A stretch of DNA of 64,000 bases from Terriglobia bacterium (GTDB taxonomy: Bacteria; Acidobacteriota; Terriglobia; Acidiferrales; UBA7541), in the NCBI GenBank assembly GCA_963695545.1, contig OY968796.1, positions 1,216,001 through 1,280,000 of the forward strand, in the 5' to 3' direction. Within the stretch, counting starts at the first letter, position 1, and each line of letters opens with the position of its first letter. The notes beneath the pieces were generated by a model, which ran no database searches, was not told where the DNA came from, and was given only the letters and a program-made list of their open reading frames with translations. This document shows, one piece after another, positions 52,721 through 63,765 of this stretch. The translations under genes and the position numbers were made by a program.

Positions 52721-52891
52721 ACATCGGAACGAAGGGTGGCTCGGTGTATACTTCGAATTAGGCGCCTTTGACGTTCTCTAGGCATCGCCCTATGGGTATC
52801 TTGATCGGTAGAAACTCGAGCGGGACCGGGTGCCAGTCCAGGACCAAATCACAGCAGGGCCGCAACCAGGCCAGTAAGGCACTTTTCGACG

Positions 52892-55717
52892 ATGTCGAAT
52901 AGCCTCCGCGCACGGTTTGGGGCTGTGGTGCTTGCCGCCACAACGCTCGCGGCCATCACTTTCTTCGCGATCAATTTCCAGCAGCGTTCCAGCGCGGCCA
53001 TACCCGACGACGGAGTTTCCTGGCTCGACAGCGCGCGTGGCGTGGTGGCCTGGCACGTGAGTCCAGGCTCTCCGGCGGACAATGCCGGGATTCGGCCGGA
53101 CGACCGGCTGGTTTCGATCGACGGAATCCCGATCCAGCGAGCGGTGCAGGTGACTCAGCGACTGTGGCGCCTGGGCGTGTGGACGCAAGTGAGCTACCGC
53201 ATCGAGCGGAACGACGGAACGTTCGACGCGCAATTGGTCACTGTGCCCGCGGCACGGCCCGCTTCAATCGAGAATTATCTTCGCGTCGTCGGAGTGCTGT
53301 ATCTATTCATCGGGCTCTTTATTTTCTGGCGCAGATGGAGCGCGGCGCGAGCGGTGCACTTCTACGTTTTCTGCCTGGTGTCCTTCATCCTGTACACGTT
53401 CCAATACACCGGCAAGCTCAGCACGTTCGATTGGGAAATTTATTGGGCGAGCATCGTGGCGCGCCTGTTGCAGCCGGCGCTGCTGGTGCATTTCGCGATG
53501 GTTTTTCCGGAGCGGCGCGTTTCCCCGGCGCGTCACAGGACGCTGCTTACTGCAATTTACGGCGTGGCCGCATTTTTGCTGGTGGTGCACATCTTCGTGG
53601 CCACGCAGACGATGGGTTTCGTGCCTTCGCTTGAAGCGCGGCTGACTCTCGATCAATTGGAGCTCGGCTACCTGGGTTTGTGCTTCCTGATCGCGGCCGG
53701 CATTTTCCTGCGAACGTATCGGCGCACGCCTTCGGGCTTGCTGCGACAGCAATTGAAATGGGTCACCGGCGGAACGCTGGCCGGCACGCTGCCCTTCCTG
53801 GGGCTTTATATCATTCCGTATTTCGCGGGGATCGCGCCGCAGCCGTGGATGAACCTATCAGCGCTTTCCTTGGCGCTAATTCCGCTGTGCTTCGGCTACG
53901 CCATCATCCGTTACCGGTTGATGGACGTGGACGTGATTTTCCGGCGCGGGCTGGCTTACACGGCGGCGACCGGCGGAGTGGTGGCGGTCTACATCGCGCT
54001 TGTGGCCTCGATGGGAGCGCTGTTTCACACCGCGTGGCCTTCGGGTCTGGTGGGCGAAGTGATCGCCATCGTGTTTGCGGCGTTTCTGTTCCAGCCGTTT
54101 CGCGATTGGATTCAGGCGCGGTTGGACCGTTTCTTCTACCGTGATCGCCTGGATTACCGGCGCACGCTGATTGAGTTCGGGCGCACGCTGACGAATGAAG
54201 TTCACCTCGAACCCATGCTGGCCTCGGTGATGGACCGGATTTCGCAAACGCTGCTGGTGGATCGATTGGCGGTGTTTCTGGAAACGCCGGGCGGCGAGGG
54301 GCGCTACCAACTGGCGCGGTCCATGGGAATCAGCGCTGCGGAGCCGCTCGATCTGCGCTTTCTTGACGACGAGCGTATGCCGTTCGCGCGGGGGTGCCTG
54401 TTCTACGAAACGCCACGCGCCGCGCGCGAAACCGATGCGTCCATCCGGCAGACTCTCGACGCGCTGGACCTGAACTATTTCATTCCTTGCCGCATTCGCG
54501 ACCACACCGTGGGCGTGCTGGGCCTCGGAAAAACCGTGGACGGCGACTACCTTTCGAGCGAAGACATCGAGCTTTTGTACACCATCGCCGGATATGTGGC
54601 GATCGCGCTCGACAATGCGCAGCTTTATTCCTCGCTCGAGCAGAAGGCGGTGCAGATCGAGCGGCTGAAGGATTTCTCCGAGAACATCGTCGAATCGCTG
54701 AATGTCGGCGTGCTGGCCGTGGACCTCGAGGGTCGCATCGAATCGTGGAATCCGCAGCTCGAGCAAATGATCGGCGCGCCGCGTGAAGAAGCGGTCGGGC
54801 GGAAACTCGAAGAGGTGTTGCCGAGCGATCTGGTGGCGGAAATCGAGGCGCGTGCCGGAGACGGCCGCGTTTCGAGCCTCTACAAATTTCACCTGCACAA
54901 TCGCGCGGGGCGCACGCTGGTGATCAACGTTTCGATCGCGCCGCTGGTGGGCAAACCGGGCGAGCGCATCGGCCGGCTGATCCTGATGGACGACATCACG
55001 CAGCGTGTGCGACTGGAGCAGCAGTTGGTGCAAACCGAAAAACTCACGTCGCTGGGCCTTTTGGCCGCCGGCGTGGCGCACGAGGTGAATACGCCACTGG
55101 CGGTGATCTCGAATTACGTTCAGATGCTGGCGAAGCAATTGCCGACGGAGGATCCGCGGCAGGGGTTGATCGAGAAAATCGTTAAGCAAACTTTCCGCGC
55201 AAGCGAAATCGCCAACAACCTGCTGAATTTCTCGCGCACGGCGCCGACGGAATTTTCCGAAGTCAATCTGAACAACGTAGTCGAGGACACACTTTCTCTG
55301 GTGACACATCCGTTCCGCACGGCGCGCGTGCAGGTGATCCGCAATCTGCAGGGCGATCTGCCGAGCGTGCTGGGCTCGAACAACCGGCTGCAGCAGGTTT
55401 TCTTGAATCTTTTCATGAACGCGCGCGACGCCATGCCCTCCGGCGGAATGGTGGAGGTGCGCACGGCGTCGCATAACGGCAGCGTGGAAGTGGAAATCAC
55501 CGATACCGGCCTGGGGATCACGCGGGAAAACTTGCAGCGCATTTTCGATCCTTTCTTCACCACGAAATCGTCCGGACGCGGAACGGGGCTGGGCCTCTCC
55601 GTGAGCTACGGGATCATCAAAGAACATGCGGGGAAAATCGAGGTGCGTTCGACCCCCGGCAAAGGCACCTCGTTCCATCTGGAATTTCCGACGGCGCGGA
55701 AAACCGTTCATGCCTAA
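52892..55717 (+). CDS. Membrane sensor histidine kinase, PDZ + multi-TM + GAF + PAS + HisKA/HATPase
   Basis: PGSPADNAGIRPDD (PDZ), many TM helices, AGVAHEVNTPL, QVFLNLFMNA, FDPFFTTK, GTGLGLS. Confidence 0.95.
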   Translation: MSNSLRARFGAVVLAATTLAAITFFAINFQQRSSAAIPDDGVSWLDSARGVVAWHVSPGSPADNAGIRPDDRLVSIDGIPIQRAVQVTQRLWRLGVWTQVSYRIERNDGTFDAQLVTVPAARPASIENYLRVVGVLYLFIGLFIFWRRWSAARAVHFYVFCLVSFILYTFQYTGKLSTFDWEIYWASIVARLLQPALLVHFAMVFPERRVSPARHRTLLTAIYGVAAFLLVVHIFVATQTMGFVPSLEARLTLDQLELGYLGLCFLIAAGIFLRTYRRTPSGLLRQQLKWVTGGTLAGTLPFLGLYIIPYFAGIAPQPWMNLSALSLALIPLCFGYAIIRYRLMDVDVIFRRGLAYTAATGGVVAVYIALVASMGALFHTAWPSGLVGEVIAIVFAAFLFQPFRDWIQARLDRFFYRDRLDYRRTLIEFGRTLTNEVHLEPMLASVMDRISQTLLVDRLAVFLETPGGEGRYQLARSMGISAAEPLDLRFLDDERMPFARGCLFYETPRAARETDASIRQTLDALDLNYFIPCRIRDHTVGVLGLGKTVDGDYLSSEDIELLYTIAGYVAIALDNAQLYSSLEQKAVQIERLKDFSENIVESLNVGVLAVDLEGRIESWNPQLEQMIGAPREEAVGRKLEEVLPSDLVAEIEARAGDGRVSSLYKFHLHNRAGRTLVINVSIAPLVGKPGERIGRLILMDDITQRVRLEQQLVQTEKLTSLGLLAAGVAHEVNTPLAVISNYVQMLAKQLPTEDPRQGLIEKIVKQTFRASEIANNLLNFSRTAPTEFSEVNLNNVVEDTLSLVTHPFRTARVQVIRNLQGDLPSVLGSNNRLQQVFLNLFMNARDAMPSGGMVEVRTASHNGSVEVEITDTGLGITRENLQRIFDPFFTTKSSGRGTGLGLSVSYGIIKEHAGKIEVRSTPGKGTSFHLEFPTARKTVHA

Positions 55718-57189
55718 AGGTTCCATTCTCGTAGTGGACGACGAAGCGGAAATACGCGAAGGCCTCGAACTGTTGCTGAGTTCGGAAGGCTACGCGGTGA
55801 CGTCGGCGGAAACGGCCGCGGCCGGATTGACGCGTGCTGGAGGAGCGGCCGGTCGATCTCGTCTTGCTCGACGTGAGCTTGCCCGATCGCAACGGGCTCG
55901 AATTGCTGCAGGAAATTCGCCGCCGCGATCCGCTGCTGGCCATCGTGCTGATCACGGCGTATGGATCGATCGAGATGGCGCGCGCGGCGTTCAAGAACGG
56001 CGCGCAGGATTACATCACCAAGCCGTGGTCCAACGACGAATTGCTGGCGCAGGTGGCGCAGGCTGTTGAGGGACGGCAACTGCGCGAAGAAAACGTGCAG
56101 CTGAAGCGCGCACTGAAACAGCGCTACAACTTTCCGAACATTATCGGCAAAAGCGAAAAGATGCTTTCTCTGCTCGATCTCGTGAGCCAGGTGGCGGCGT
56201 CGCGTTCGACGGTGCTGATCTCGGGCGAAAGCGGCACGGGCAAGGAATTGATCGCGAAGGCGATTCACTCGGCATCGCCGCGCGCCGATAAGGCTTTTGT
56301 CCCCATCAATACCGGTTCCATTCCCGTGGATCTGCTCGAATCGCAATTGTTCGGGCACGTGAAGGGCGCGTTCACCAGCGCGGTGGCCTCGAAAAAGGGA
56401 CTATTCGAGGTGGCCGATCAGGGAACAATTTTCTTCGACGAGATTTCGACCATTGGCCCCGAGACACAGGCCAAACTTCTGCGCGTGATTCAGGAGCGCG
56501 AGTTCATGCGCCTGGGCGGGACCGAAACGATCAAGGTGGACGTGCGCATCCTGGCGGCGTCAAATGTGGATTTGGTGAATCTGGTGCGCGAAGGGCGCTT
56601 CCGCGAGGATTTGTTTCATCGCTTGAACGTGATCGCACTACAGTTGACGCCGCTGCGCGAACGCAAGGAAGACATTCCATTGCTCGTGGCGCATTGCCTG
56701 CGGCGCTTTTCCGAAGAAAACGGACGCTCGCCGCAGACGTTCACGCACGCGGCGATGAAATTGATGATGGATTACGATTGGCCGGGCAACGTGCGCGAAC
56801 TTGAAAACGTTGTCGAGCGCGCCGTGGTGCTTTCAACGCAAGATGCGATTCCGCCGGAACTGCTGCCGGAAAATGTGCGCACGCGCGAGATTGTGCGCGG
56901 GCTGCGATTGCAACTGACGGAATTTGTGCCGCCGCTGCCGGGCGAGCCCGGTGCGCGCACCGGCGCCGACAGCTCAAAGGCCTCGTTGTTCCAGATCATG
57001 GAGGAGGTCGAGCGGCGGATTGTGACCGACATGCTCGAGCGCACCGGCTGGAACCAGACCGAGGCGGCCGAACATTTCCAGATTCCGCTATCGACGCTCA
57101 ACCAGAAAATAAAGCGGCTGGGAATAGAAACACGCCGCCGCACACGCGCCAGCGGCGAGCCTGCCGTGGCCGAAGCCGCGGGAAAGTAA
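55710..57189 (+). CDS. NtrC-family sigma54 response regulator with a frameshift near 55835
   Basis: MPKGSILVVDDE in one frame; LEERPVDLVLLD, GESGTGKEL, GAFTSA, WPGNVREL and HTH in the next. Confidence 0.9.
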
Positions 57190-57276
57190 TTCGCGCGCGC
57201 ATGCGTGCGCCTCTTCGCATTATTTCTTCAACACTGATGGAATTCTGATCGGCGCGAAAGGGCGCCGCGCTTCGCG

Positions 57277-57846
57277 CTATTTATTGGCGGGATCGGGCGG
57301 ACCGGGCTTTTTCGGCATCAGCGTGGTGGTTAGATCCACGCCGGAAAGATCGACGCCAGTGAGATCGGTTTCGCGCAAGATGGTGACGCCCATATCGGCG
57401 CCGGCGAATTGCGCGCCCTGGATATTGGAAGCGCGGAAATTCGTGTTGCGCAGATTGGCTTTGTGAAAAATCGCGTTGGTGAGGTCGCAGCGAAATAGTT
57501 CGACGCCGCTGACTTGCGCGCCGGTCAAATCGGCGCCGGGCAGAACGCATTCGGTCATATCCGTGCTGCGCAAATCGGCGCCGCGCAGATTGGCGCCGGA
57601 AAAATCGGCGCGGGTCAATTTGGCTCGGCGAAAATTTGCGCCATCGAGGCGCGCACCCTTCAGAATCGCGTCCGTCAAATCTGCGCCGCCGAAATCCACG
57701 CGCGAAAGCTGAGCACCGGAAAGGTCCGCGCGCTCGCCACCGGGTTCACCCAGATGCGCGCGATGGTTGGCTTCTACAATTTCGCTCACGCGCTTGCCGT
57801 TGTGCTTGACCGAAGCCGGCTTTCGCAATCCGCCAAACAATCCCAT
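57277..57846 (-). CDS. Pentapeptide repeat protein
   Basis: Tandem A(D/N)(L/F)xx repeats after GERADLSG. Confidence 0.9.
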   Translation of the reverse strand: MGLFGGLRKPASVKHNGKRVSEIVEANHRAHLGEPGGERADLSGAQLSRVDFGGADLTDAILKGARLDGANFRRAKLTRADFSGANLRGADLRSTDMTECVLPGADLTGAQVSGVELFRCDLTNAIFHKANLRNTNFRASNIQGAQFAGADMGVTILRETDLTGVDLSGVDLTTTLMPKKPGPPDPANK

Positions 57847-58085
57847 TGAACTCCTCGCTCGAATCTCGCAAATCCAGCAATTGATTGTACTCAAAGCGAG
57901 TGGGCTCGGCCAGCGATTGCCGGCATCCATTGCGCGAAAGCGATCGAGCGCGGCCCCGCAGCTTCGGGCGTCGCGCGGCGGAGCGCGCGCCGCTAAGTCT
58001 GCGAAGGCAAAGTGTGGTATTTTCGCCCGAGCGGGCCTGCGCGGAGCGCAATGCTTCACAAATTTGCGCGGAGCGCGATGCGAAA

Positions 58086-59123
58086 ATGGAACTACTCGAT
58101 CAAATCAAAAAACGGGCTCGCGCTAACCCGCAGCGCATCGTGCTCGTCGAAGGCGAGGACCCGCGCATTATCGAAGCGGCGGGGATAATCGTCGCGGAGG
58201 GATTTGCGCGGCCCGCGCTGCTGGGACGGCCCGAGCAGATCGAAGCGCTGGCCGCGGTTTCAGGGATTTCGCTCGAAGGCATCACCCTGATCGATCCGGA
58301 CGCGAGCGCGCATCTGGGGCGATACGCGCAAATCTATTACGAACGCAGGCGCACGCGCGGAATTTCGCTCGACGAAGCGCGGCAAATGGCGCGAAAGCCG
58401 CTTTATTTCGCCGCGCTGGCGGTGGCCGCTGGCGACGCCGACGGTTCAGTCGGCGGCGCGGTGAACACGACGGCGGAAACCGTGCGCGCCGCGTTGCACG
58501 CGATCGGTCTTGCGCCGGATGCGCGTTTGGTCTCCAGTTTTTTTCTGATGCTCGTGCCGGAGCGCGGTGGGCGGCCGACCGAAACGTTGCTTTTTGCAGA
58601 TTGCGCCGTGGTGCCCGATCCGAAGCCAGCGGAGCTTGCGGAAATCGCGCGCGCCACGGCGGAAAACGCCCGCGTGTTTCTTGAAACTGAACCACGCGTT
58701 GCGCTGCTTTCATTTTCGACCAAGGGTTCGGCGAACCATGCGCGCGTCGAGCGAGTTCGAGAAGCGCTGCGCGTGCTGTGCGAGCGCGCGCCGGATCTGC
58801 TTTGCGACGGCGAACTGCAAGCCGACGCGGCGCTGGTGCCCGATGTTGCGGCAGGCAAAGCGCCGGGATCGCCGGTCGCGGGGCGCGCCAACGTTTTGAT
58901 CTTTCCCGATCTTGATGCGGGCAATATCGGTTACAAGCTCGTCGAACGACTCGGCGGCGCCACGGCGATTGGACCGATTTTGCAGGGCTTGGATCGTCCG
59001 GCGAATGATTTGTCGCGCGGTTGCAGCGCGAGCGACGTTGTGAGCGTTGCCGCCATCACTGCGTTGCAGGCGATCGCACGCAAGCAAGCTGCGGCAGCGA
59101 TTGGTGCCGCTATTCGCCGCTAG
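58086..59123 (+). CDS. pta: Phosphate acetyltransferase, short form
   Basis: [53 protein letters not shown]. Confidence 0.95.
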   Translation: MELLDQIKKRARANPQRIVLVEGEDPRIIEAAGIIVAEGFARPALLGRPEQIEALAAVSGISLEGITLIDPDASAHLGRYAQIYYERRRTRGISLDEARQMARKPLYFAALAVAAGDADGSVGGAVNTTAETVRAALHAIGLAPDARLVSSFFLMLVPERGGRPTETLLFADCAVVPDPKPAELAEIARATAENARVFLETEPRVALLSFSTKGSANHARVERVREALRVLCERAPDLLCDGELQADAALVPDVAAGKAPGSPVAGRANVLIFPDLDAGNIGYKLVERLGGATAIGPILQGLDRPANDLSRGCSASDVVSVAAITALQAIARKQAAAAIGAAIRR

Positions 59124-59125
59124 CG

Positions 59126-60112
59126 ATGCTTCGGCGCGGCGCATTTTCGGCGTTCTGGCTTGCGATCGCGCTGGCCGCCGCGCAGTTAGCCGCGCCGCAA
59201 ATTTCAGCGCAGCAGCAGCAACCTCCGGCGCGCGATGTGGTCGCGAATTTCGCCGCGGGTCGCGTGGAAATTTGCGCGGCCAAAGATACCATTCTGATCG
59301 CCACGGCCGACGAGCCGGTCGAACCCGGGTCGCGTCCGCCGGAGATTTTCGCCCTCGGCACCGGACGACTCGGCATTCTGCTGGGCGCCGTGGAATGGAT
59401 CGAGCCAGGATCGGGCGGTCCGCCCGACCGTTTCGCGCAGGACCTGAGCGCGATCGGTCACGAAGCGCCGGGCCCGGATTCCGTGATCGCCGCGGGAAAC
59501 GAAGCCAACGACATCGAAATGCTCGGCATCGCGTTGCTCGAGCGCATTCGCGCGCAAGCCGAGGGCTTTCACCACAAGATCGATCTCGGCGCGGACGAAC
59601 CGCTGGTCGAGCTCGTCGTGGTCGATTACGTGGATGGCTACGGCTTTGAAGCGTGGCTCGTGAGTTACAACATTAAGCAGCAATTGCTGGGCAACGACTA
59701 CTGGATGACTAGCGTTTCGCGGCCGGATTACACGCAACTCTATCCGCCGGAGAAGGGCCAGCCGCGGACTTTGCTCGAGGTGCGCTATCCGCCCAAACTT
59801 GAACCTACGCTGCTTGATCGGCTCAGGCGGGATGACCCGGATCTCCAGCGCATCAGCGATGCCTCGCCGCAGTTAACCCAGGCGACTTCGCAGCTTCTGA
59901 ACGGAGTAAGCCCGAAGTCCGCTGCTGCCGATGACGCTGATTTTCTGCGCGCGGCGTTACCTGTGGTGACGCGGCCTGCGGCTCGCGTGGCGCTGGTAGA
60001 AATTACGGACGAAAAGGACGTCGTGTGGATCGCAGGCAGCCCCGTGCCCGCGCCGCCACCACCGCCAGGCCAGAAGAGCGAGCCGGACGCGCCTTCGCTC
60101 TACAAGCACTGA
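59126..60112 (+). CDS. Secreted hypothetical protein
   Basis: Signal peptide, Pro-rich tail, starts 2 bp after pta. Confidence 0.75.
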   Translation: MLRRGAFSAFWLAIALAAAQLAAPQISAQQQQPPARDVVANFAAGRVEICAAKDTILIATADEPVEPGSRPPEIFALGTGRLGILLGAVEWIEPGSGGPPDRFAQDLSAIGHEAPGPDSVIAAGNEANDIEMLGIALLERIRAQAEGFHHKIDLGADEPLVELVVVDYVDGYGFEAWLVSYNIKQQLLGNDYWMTSVSRPDYTQLYPPEKGQPRTLLEVRYPPKLEPTLLDRLRRDDPDLQRISDASPQLTQATSQLLNGVSPKSAAADDADFLRAALPVVTRPAARVALVEITDEKDVVWIAGSPVPAPPPPPGQKSEPDAPSLYKH

Positions 60113-60161
60113 TGCTTCGAGCGAGCGGGCGCAATTTGCCGCGCGACTCGGCCGACAATTC

Positions 60162-60704
60162 TCAGCTGGGTTTTTTTCCGTACTGCAATCGCACGCGGGC
60201 GCTTTTCTCCTCGACCGAGCGCGCGAGCTCCTCTTTGTATTCGATCAGGCGACGCGCCGTAGACGGATCCGAAACTGACAGGATCTCCGCGGCGTAGATT
60301 GCCGCGTTAATCGCGCCGGGCTTATCGATGGCCATCGCCGCTACGGGAACGCCGGCGGGCATCTGCACGGTGGAGAGCAGCGAATCAATTCCCGAGAGCA
60401 CCGTGGTCGCCATGGGCACGGCGATCACCGGCAGAGTCGTCAGCGCAGCAACAACGCCGGCCAAATGAGCAGCGCCTCCGGCCGCCACGATCACCACTTT
60501 GAGACCGCGCGAAATCGCGGTCTTAGCGTATTCGTGCGTTTTCGCCGGAGAGCGATGCGCGGAGATCACCTCGACTTCGTATGGGATGCCGAATTTGTCG
60601 AGCATCTTCGCCGACTCGTTCATCACGGGCAGGTCCGTGTCCGACCCCATGATGATTCCCACCAGCGGCGATGCCCCCGACTTGCCGGGATTCTCTGTGG
60701 CCAA
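60162..60704 (-). CDS. purE: N5-CAIR mutase
   Basis: [40 protein letters not shown]. Confidence 0.97.
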   Translation of the reverse strand: MATENPGKSGASPLVGIIMGSDTDLPVMNESAKMLDKFGIPYEVEVISAHRSPAKTHEYAKTAISRGLKVVIVAAGGAAHLAGVVAALTTLPVIAVPMATTVLSGIDSLLSTVQMPAGVPVAAMAIDKPGAINAAIYAAEILSVSDPSTARRLIEYKEELARSVEEKSARVRLQYGKKPS

Positions 60705-60754
60705 CTTTCCTCCTTGAACTTTCGAGATTCGCTAATGTCTTACAAATTCCCGGC

Positions 60755-62068
60755 TTAGCCATCCGCCACAGCGACGCGTTTCGAGGTCGCATTCGCGGCG
60801 CGAATTGGGGCGGACGTGCCGATATCGCGACGATAATGAGCCCCGTCGAAATGAATGTGCCGCACGGCTGAGTAAGCGGTACCGAGCGCGGATGGAAGGT
60901 CCTTGCCCGCGGCGGTGACGCCCAGGACCCGACCGCTACTTGTGTAGTATTGTGAGCCTTCCCTTTTCGTTCCCGCGTGAAAGACCTTCGCGCTGCTGAT
61001 CGCTTCCGCCTCTGCCAATCCCTCGATCCGCTTCCCAGACTCAAATGCTCCGGGATAACCGCCCGATGCCATGACGATGCACGCGCTCGCTCCCGGCTTC
61101 CAGACCGCATCGAATCGATCCAATTCTCCGGCGAGGAGCGCCTGAAATGCAGCGGCCAGGTCGAAATCCATGCGCATAAGAATCGGCTGCGTCTCCGGAT
61201 CGCCGAGGCGACAATTGAATTCCAATAACCTCGGGCCGCTGGACGTGAGCATCAGTCCGAAATATAGAAAGCCGCGGTAGGGGCGATTCTCCTTTGCCAG
61301 ACCGTCGAGCGTGGGACGCACGATGTCTTTTTGTATCTGGGCCTCGAGCTCGGGCCACAGCAGTCCATCGGCCGAATACGCGCCCATTCCGCCTGTGTTC
61401 GGGCCGCGATCCTGATCGAACACGCGCTTGTGATCGCGCGTCGGCGCAAGGGGAATGAAATTTCTCCCGTCGGTCATAATGATGTAGGAAAGTTCGGGGC
61501 CGCGCAGCGATTCTTCGATCAAAACTTGTGCGCCGCTGTCGCCGAATTCGCGCTTGTCCAGTGCGCGCTCGATGAACGCGGCGGCCTCAGCTCGATCGCC
61601 GGCGACGAGCACGCCTTTTCCGGCGCACAGACCGTCAGCTTTAATCACCACCGGCCATTCCGTGCCCAGGGCCGCGATTGCCTGCGGCGCCGAGTCGAAG
61701 ACGCCGATGTTCCGCGCCGTCGCAATGCCGTGGCGCGCCATGAATTCTTTTGCGAAAACTTTGCTGCCTTCAAGTTCGGCGCCGCGCCTCGACGGTCCAA
61801 CCAATCGCAATCCCCGCGCGGCGAACGCGTCGGCCACGCCGTTTACCAGCGGAACTTCCGGGCCAACCACAGTCATGTCCGCGCCCAGACTCTGCGCGAG
61901 CGACACGAGTGAATCGGCATCGTCCAATCGCGCGGGCAGACATTCGACTTCCGCCGAAATTCCGCCGTTGCCTGGCGCGCACCAAACGGAATCGACCGAA
62001 GGCGATTGGCGCAACTTCCACACCAGCGCGTGCTCGCGGCCGCCGCTGCCTAAAACCAGAATCTTCAT
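60755..62068 (-). CDS. purD: Phosphoribosylamine-glycine ligase
   Basis: MKILVLGSGGREHAL, LEGSK, KADGL, GPNTGGMG, EFNCRLGDPETQ. Confidence 0.98.
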   Translation of the reverse strand: MKILVLGSGGREHALVWKLRQSPSVDSVWCAPGNGGISAEVECLPARLDDADSLVSLAQSLGADMTVVGPEVPLVNGVADAFAARGLRLVGPSRRGAELEGSKVFAKEFMARHGIATARNIGVFDSAPQAIAALGTEWPVVIKADGLCAGKGVLVAGDRAEAAAFIERALDKREFGDSGAQVLIEESLRGPELSYIIMTDGRNFIPLAPTRDHKRVFDQDRGPNTGGMGAYSADGLLWPELEAQIQKDIVRPTLDGLAKENRPYRGFLYFGLMLTSSGPRLLEFNCRLGDPETQPILMRMDFDLAAAFQALLAGELDRFDAVWKPGASACIVMASGGYPGAFESGKRIEGLAEAEAISSAKVFHAGTKREGSQYYTSSGRVLGVTAAGKDLPSALGTAYSAVRHIHFDGAHYRRDIGTSAPIRAANATSKRVAVADG

Positions 62069-62201
62069 TGCCGTGTCACGATAAACGCCGCGGAGAGCCG
62101 TGTCAACGGTCGCCAGTGCGCGGGCGCCCGTGCGCCAACGCCGCGCGACGTCGCATCGCATGCTTGCTCGGAACGGCCGTTGCTGCCTAGACTCTTACCT
62201 C

Positions 62202-62939
62202 ATGCGCCTTCTCGGCATCCCGTGGGATTTCGTCGCGATACTGCTGGTGCTGGCCATCGCGGTGCCGTGGCGTGGCGCCGTGCGCATACGTCAACTGCTC
62301 ACGAGACCAAGTCTCGGCTCGCGTGAACGCGTCGCGCTGTACGCTTCCACCATTGCATTTCAATGGATCGCCGTCGGCGTGATTTTTTGGCGCGCCGCGG
62401 TGCGCGGCCTTACGGCTTCACAGCTCGGCCTGATCGTCGGACGTCCCGACCGAACGATTGCCGTCGCAGTGGGCACAACGGCGTTGCTCGCGATTTTTCA
62501 GTGGCAGGGACTCAGACAACTTCGCCGCATGACGCCGGATCCTGAGTCGCGCCTGGTGCAGTTTCGCGAAAAAATTTTGCCGCAAAATATAACTGATTCG
62601 CTGGTTTTCGTCGCCCTGGCGTGTACTGTCGCGGTGTGCGAGGAATTGATTTACAGGGGATTCGTGTACGCAGTCATTCTATCGGCCGCGAAGGGATCCG
62701 TGACGATCGCGATTCTTGTTTCTTCCGCGATCTTTGCGGCGGCGCATGCGTATCAAGGGCGCCAGGGACTTGCGACTACGTTTATTCTCGGAGCGTTGTT
62801 TGCGTTCACGCGCGTCTGGACGCTCAGTCTGCTGCCCGCGATACTCGCGCATCTTGTGGTGGATTTAATTTCCGGACTTTCGGGTGCGAAGGCGCTGCGC
62901 AGCGCGGCTGCTGGTGCAAGCGATGTCGCGCAATCATAA
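62202..62939 (+). CDS. CPBP (CAAX/Abi) intramembrane glutamic protease
   Basis: EELIYRG, FAAAHAYQG, AHLVVD. Confidence 0.92.
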   Translation: MRLLGIPWDFVAILLVLAIAVPWRGAVRIRQLLTRPSLGSRERVALYASTIAFQWIAVGVIFWRAAVRGLTASQLGLIVGRPDRTIAVAVGTTALLAIFQWQGLRQLRRMTPDPESRLVQFREKILPQNITDSLVFVALACTVAVCEELIYRGFVYAVILSAAKGSVTIAILVSSAIFAAAHAYQGRQGLATTFILGALFAFTRVWTLSLLPAILAHLVVDLISGLSGAKALRSAAAGASDVAQS

Positions 62940-62966
62940 GCTTATAGATATTAGTTATAATTAATA

Positions 62967-63647
62967 ATGGCTAAAAGACATAACATTGAGCTGTCGTCGG
63001 GAACGATCGTTTCAGCGCTGCGCCCGTTCGGCGTGACGCCCTCGGCGCAGCAGATCGATTCGATTCGCCGCTATCTCGACGTGCTACTCCTTTGGAATGA
63101 GAAGGTTGGATTAACGACGCTGTCCGATCCCGAGGAGATCGTTGCCCGGCACTTCGGCGAGAGCCTGTTTTGCACGCGTTTTGTGCGGCTCGAACGCGGT
63201 CGGCTGGCCGACATTGGTTCAGGTGGAGGGTTTCCGGGCCTGGCAATCAAGGTCATGTGCCAAGACCTGGAGCTTTTTTTGGTCGAATCGAACAAAAAGA
63301 AGGCAGTGTTTCTGGCGGAGGTCGTGCGAACGTTGGAGGTGGGCCATGTCGAGATTATCGCGATGCGATTTGAAGATTGGCGCCCGGAGGCCGGGAGTCT
63401 CGACTTCATCACGAGCCGGGCATTAGGCCACTATCCGTTCCTCATGCGGTGGGCACACGAGACGCTAAAGCCCTCCGGGAAGCTGATCCTTTGGTTGGGA
63501 GACGAAGAGGGCACGCGTGTTCAAACGAGGCCTGGGTGGCGCTGGAGGGTCCCCGAGCGCATACCACTGAGTCGGCAGAGACAACTACTCGTTGGCTCGC
63601 CTGAGTCAACGGCGATGGACGGAATGTTCCACGTGGAACATTCCTGA
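62967..63647 (+). CDS. rsmG: 16S rRNA m7G527 methyltransferase
   Basis: WNEKVGLT, RHFGES, DIGSGGGFPG, ESNKKK, TSRA; adjacent to parA. Confidence 0.95.
   Translation: MAKRHNIELSSGTIVSALRPFGVTPSAQQIDSIRRYLDVLLLWNEKVGLTTLSDPEEIVARHFGESLFCTRFVRLERGRLADIGSGGGFPGLAIKVMCQDLELFLVESNKKKAVFLAEVVRTLEVGHVEIIAMRFEDWRPEAGSLDFITSRALGHYPFLMRWAHETLKPSGKLILWLGDEEGTRVQTRPGWRWRVPERIPLSRQRQLLVGSPESTAMDGMFHVEHS
63625..63640. promoter_or_regulatory. parS: parS site, perfect
   Basis: TGTTCCACGTGGAACA. Confidence 0.95.
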
Positions 63648-63694
63648 GGGGGCTGATTGCTATCTCATTTGTCCAGGGAGACGCAATTTCAGAG

Positions 63695-63710
63695 TGTTGC
63701 ACGTGAAACA
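63695..63710. promoter_or_regulatory. parS: parS site, near-consensus
   Basis: TGTTGCACGTGAAACA. Confidence 0.85.
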
Positions 63711-63765
63711 TCTTGCGGGCTCGATTTCTACCTGATACAGTCCCTGCTCAAGGACAGGGGGGAAA

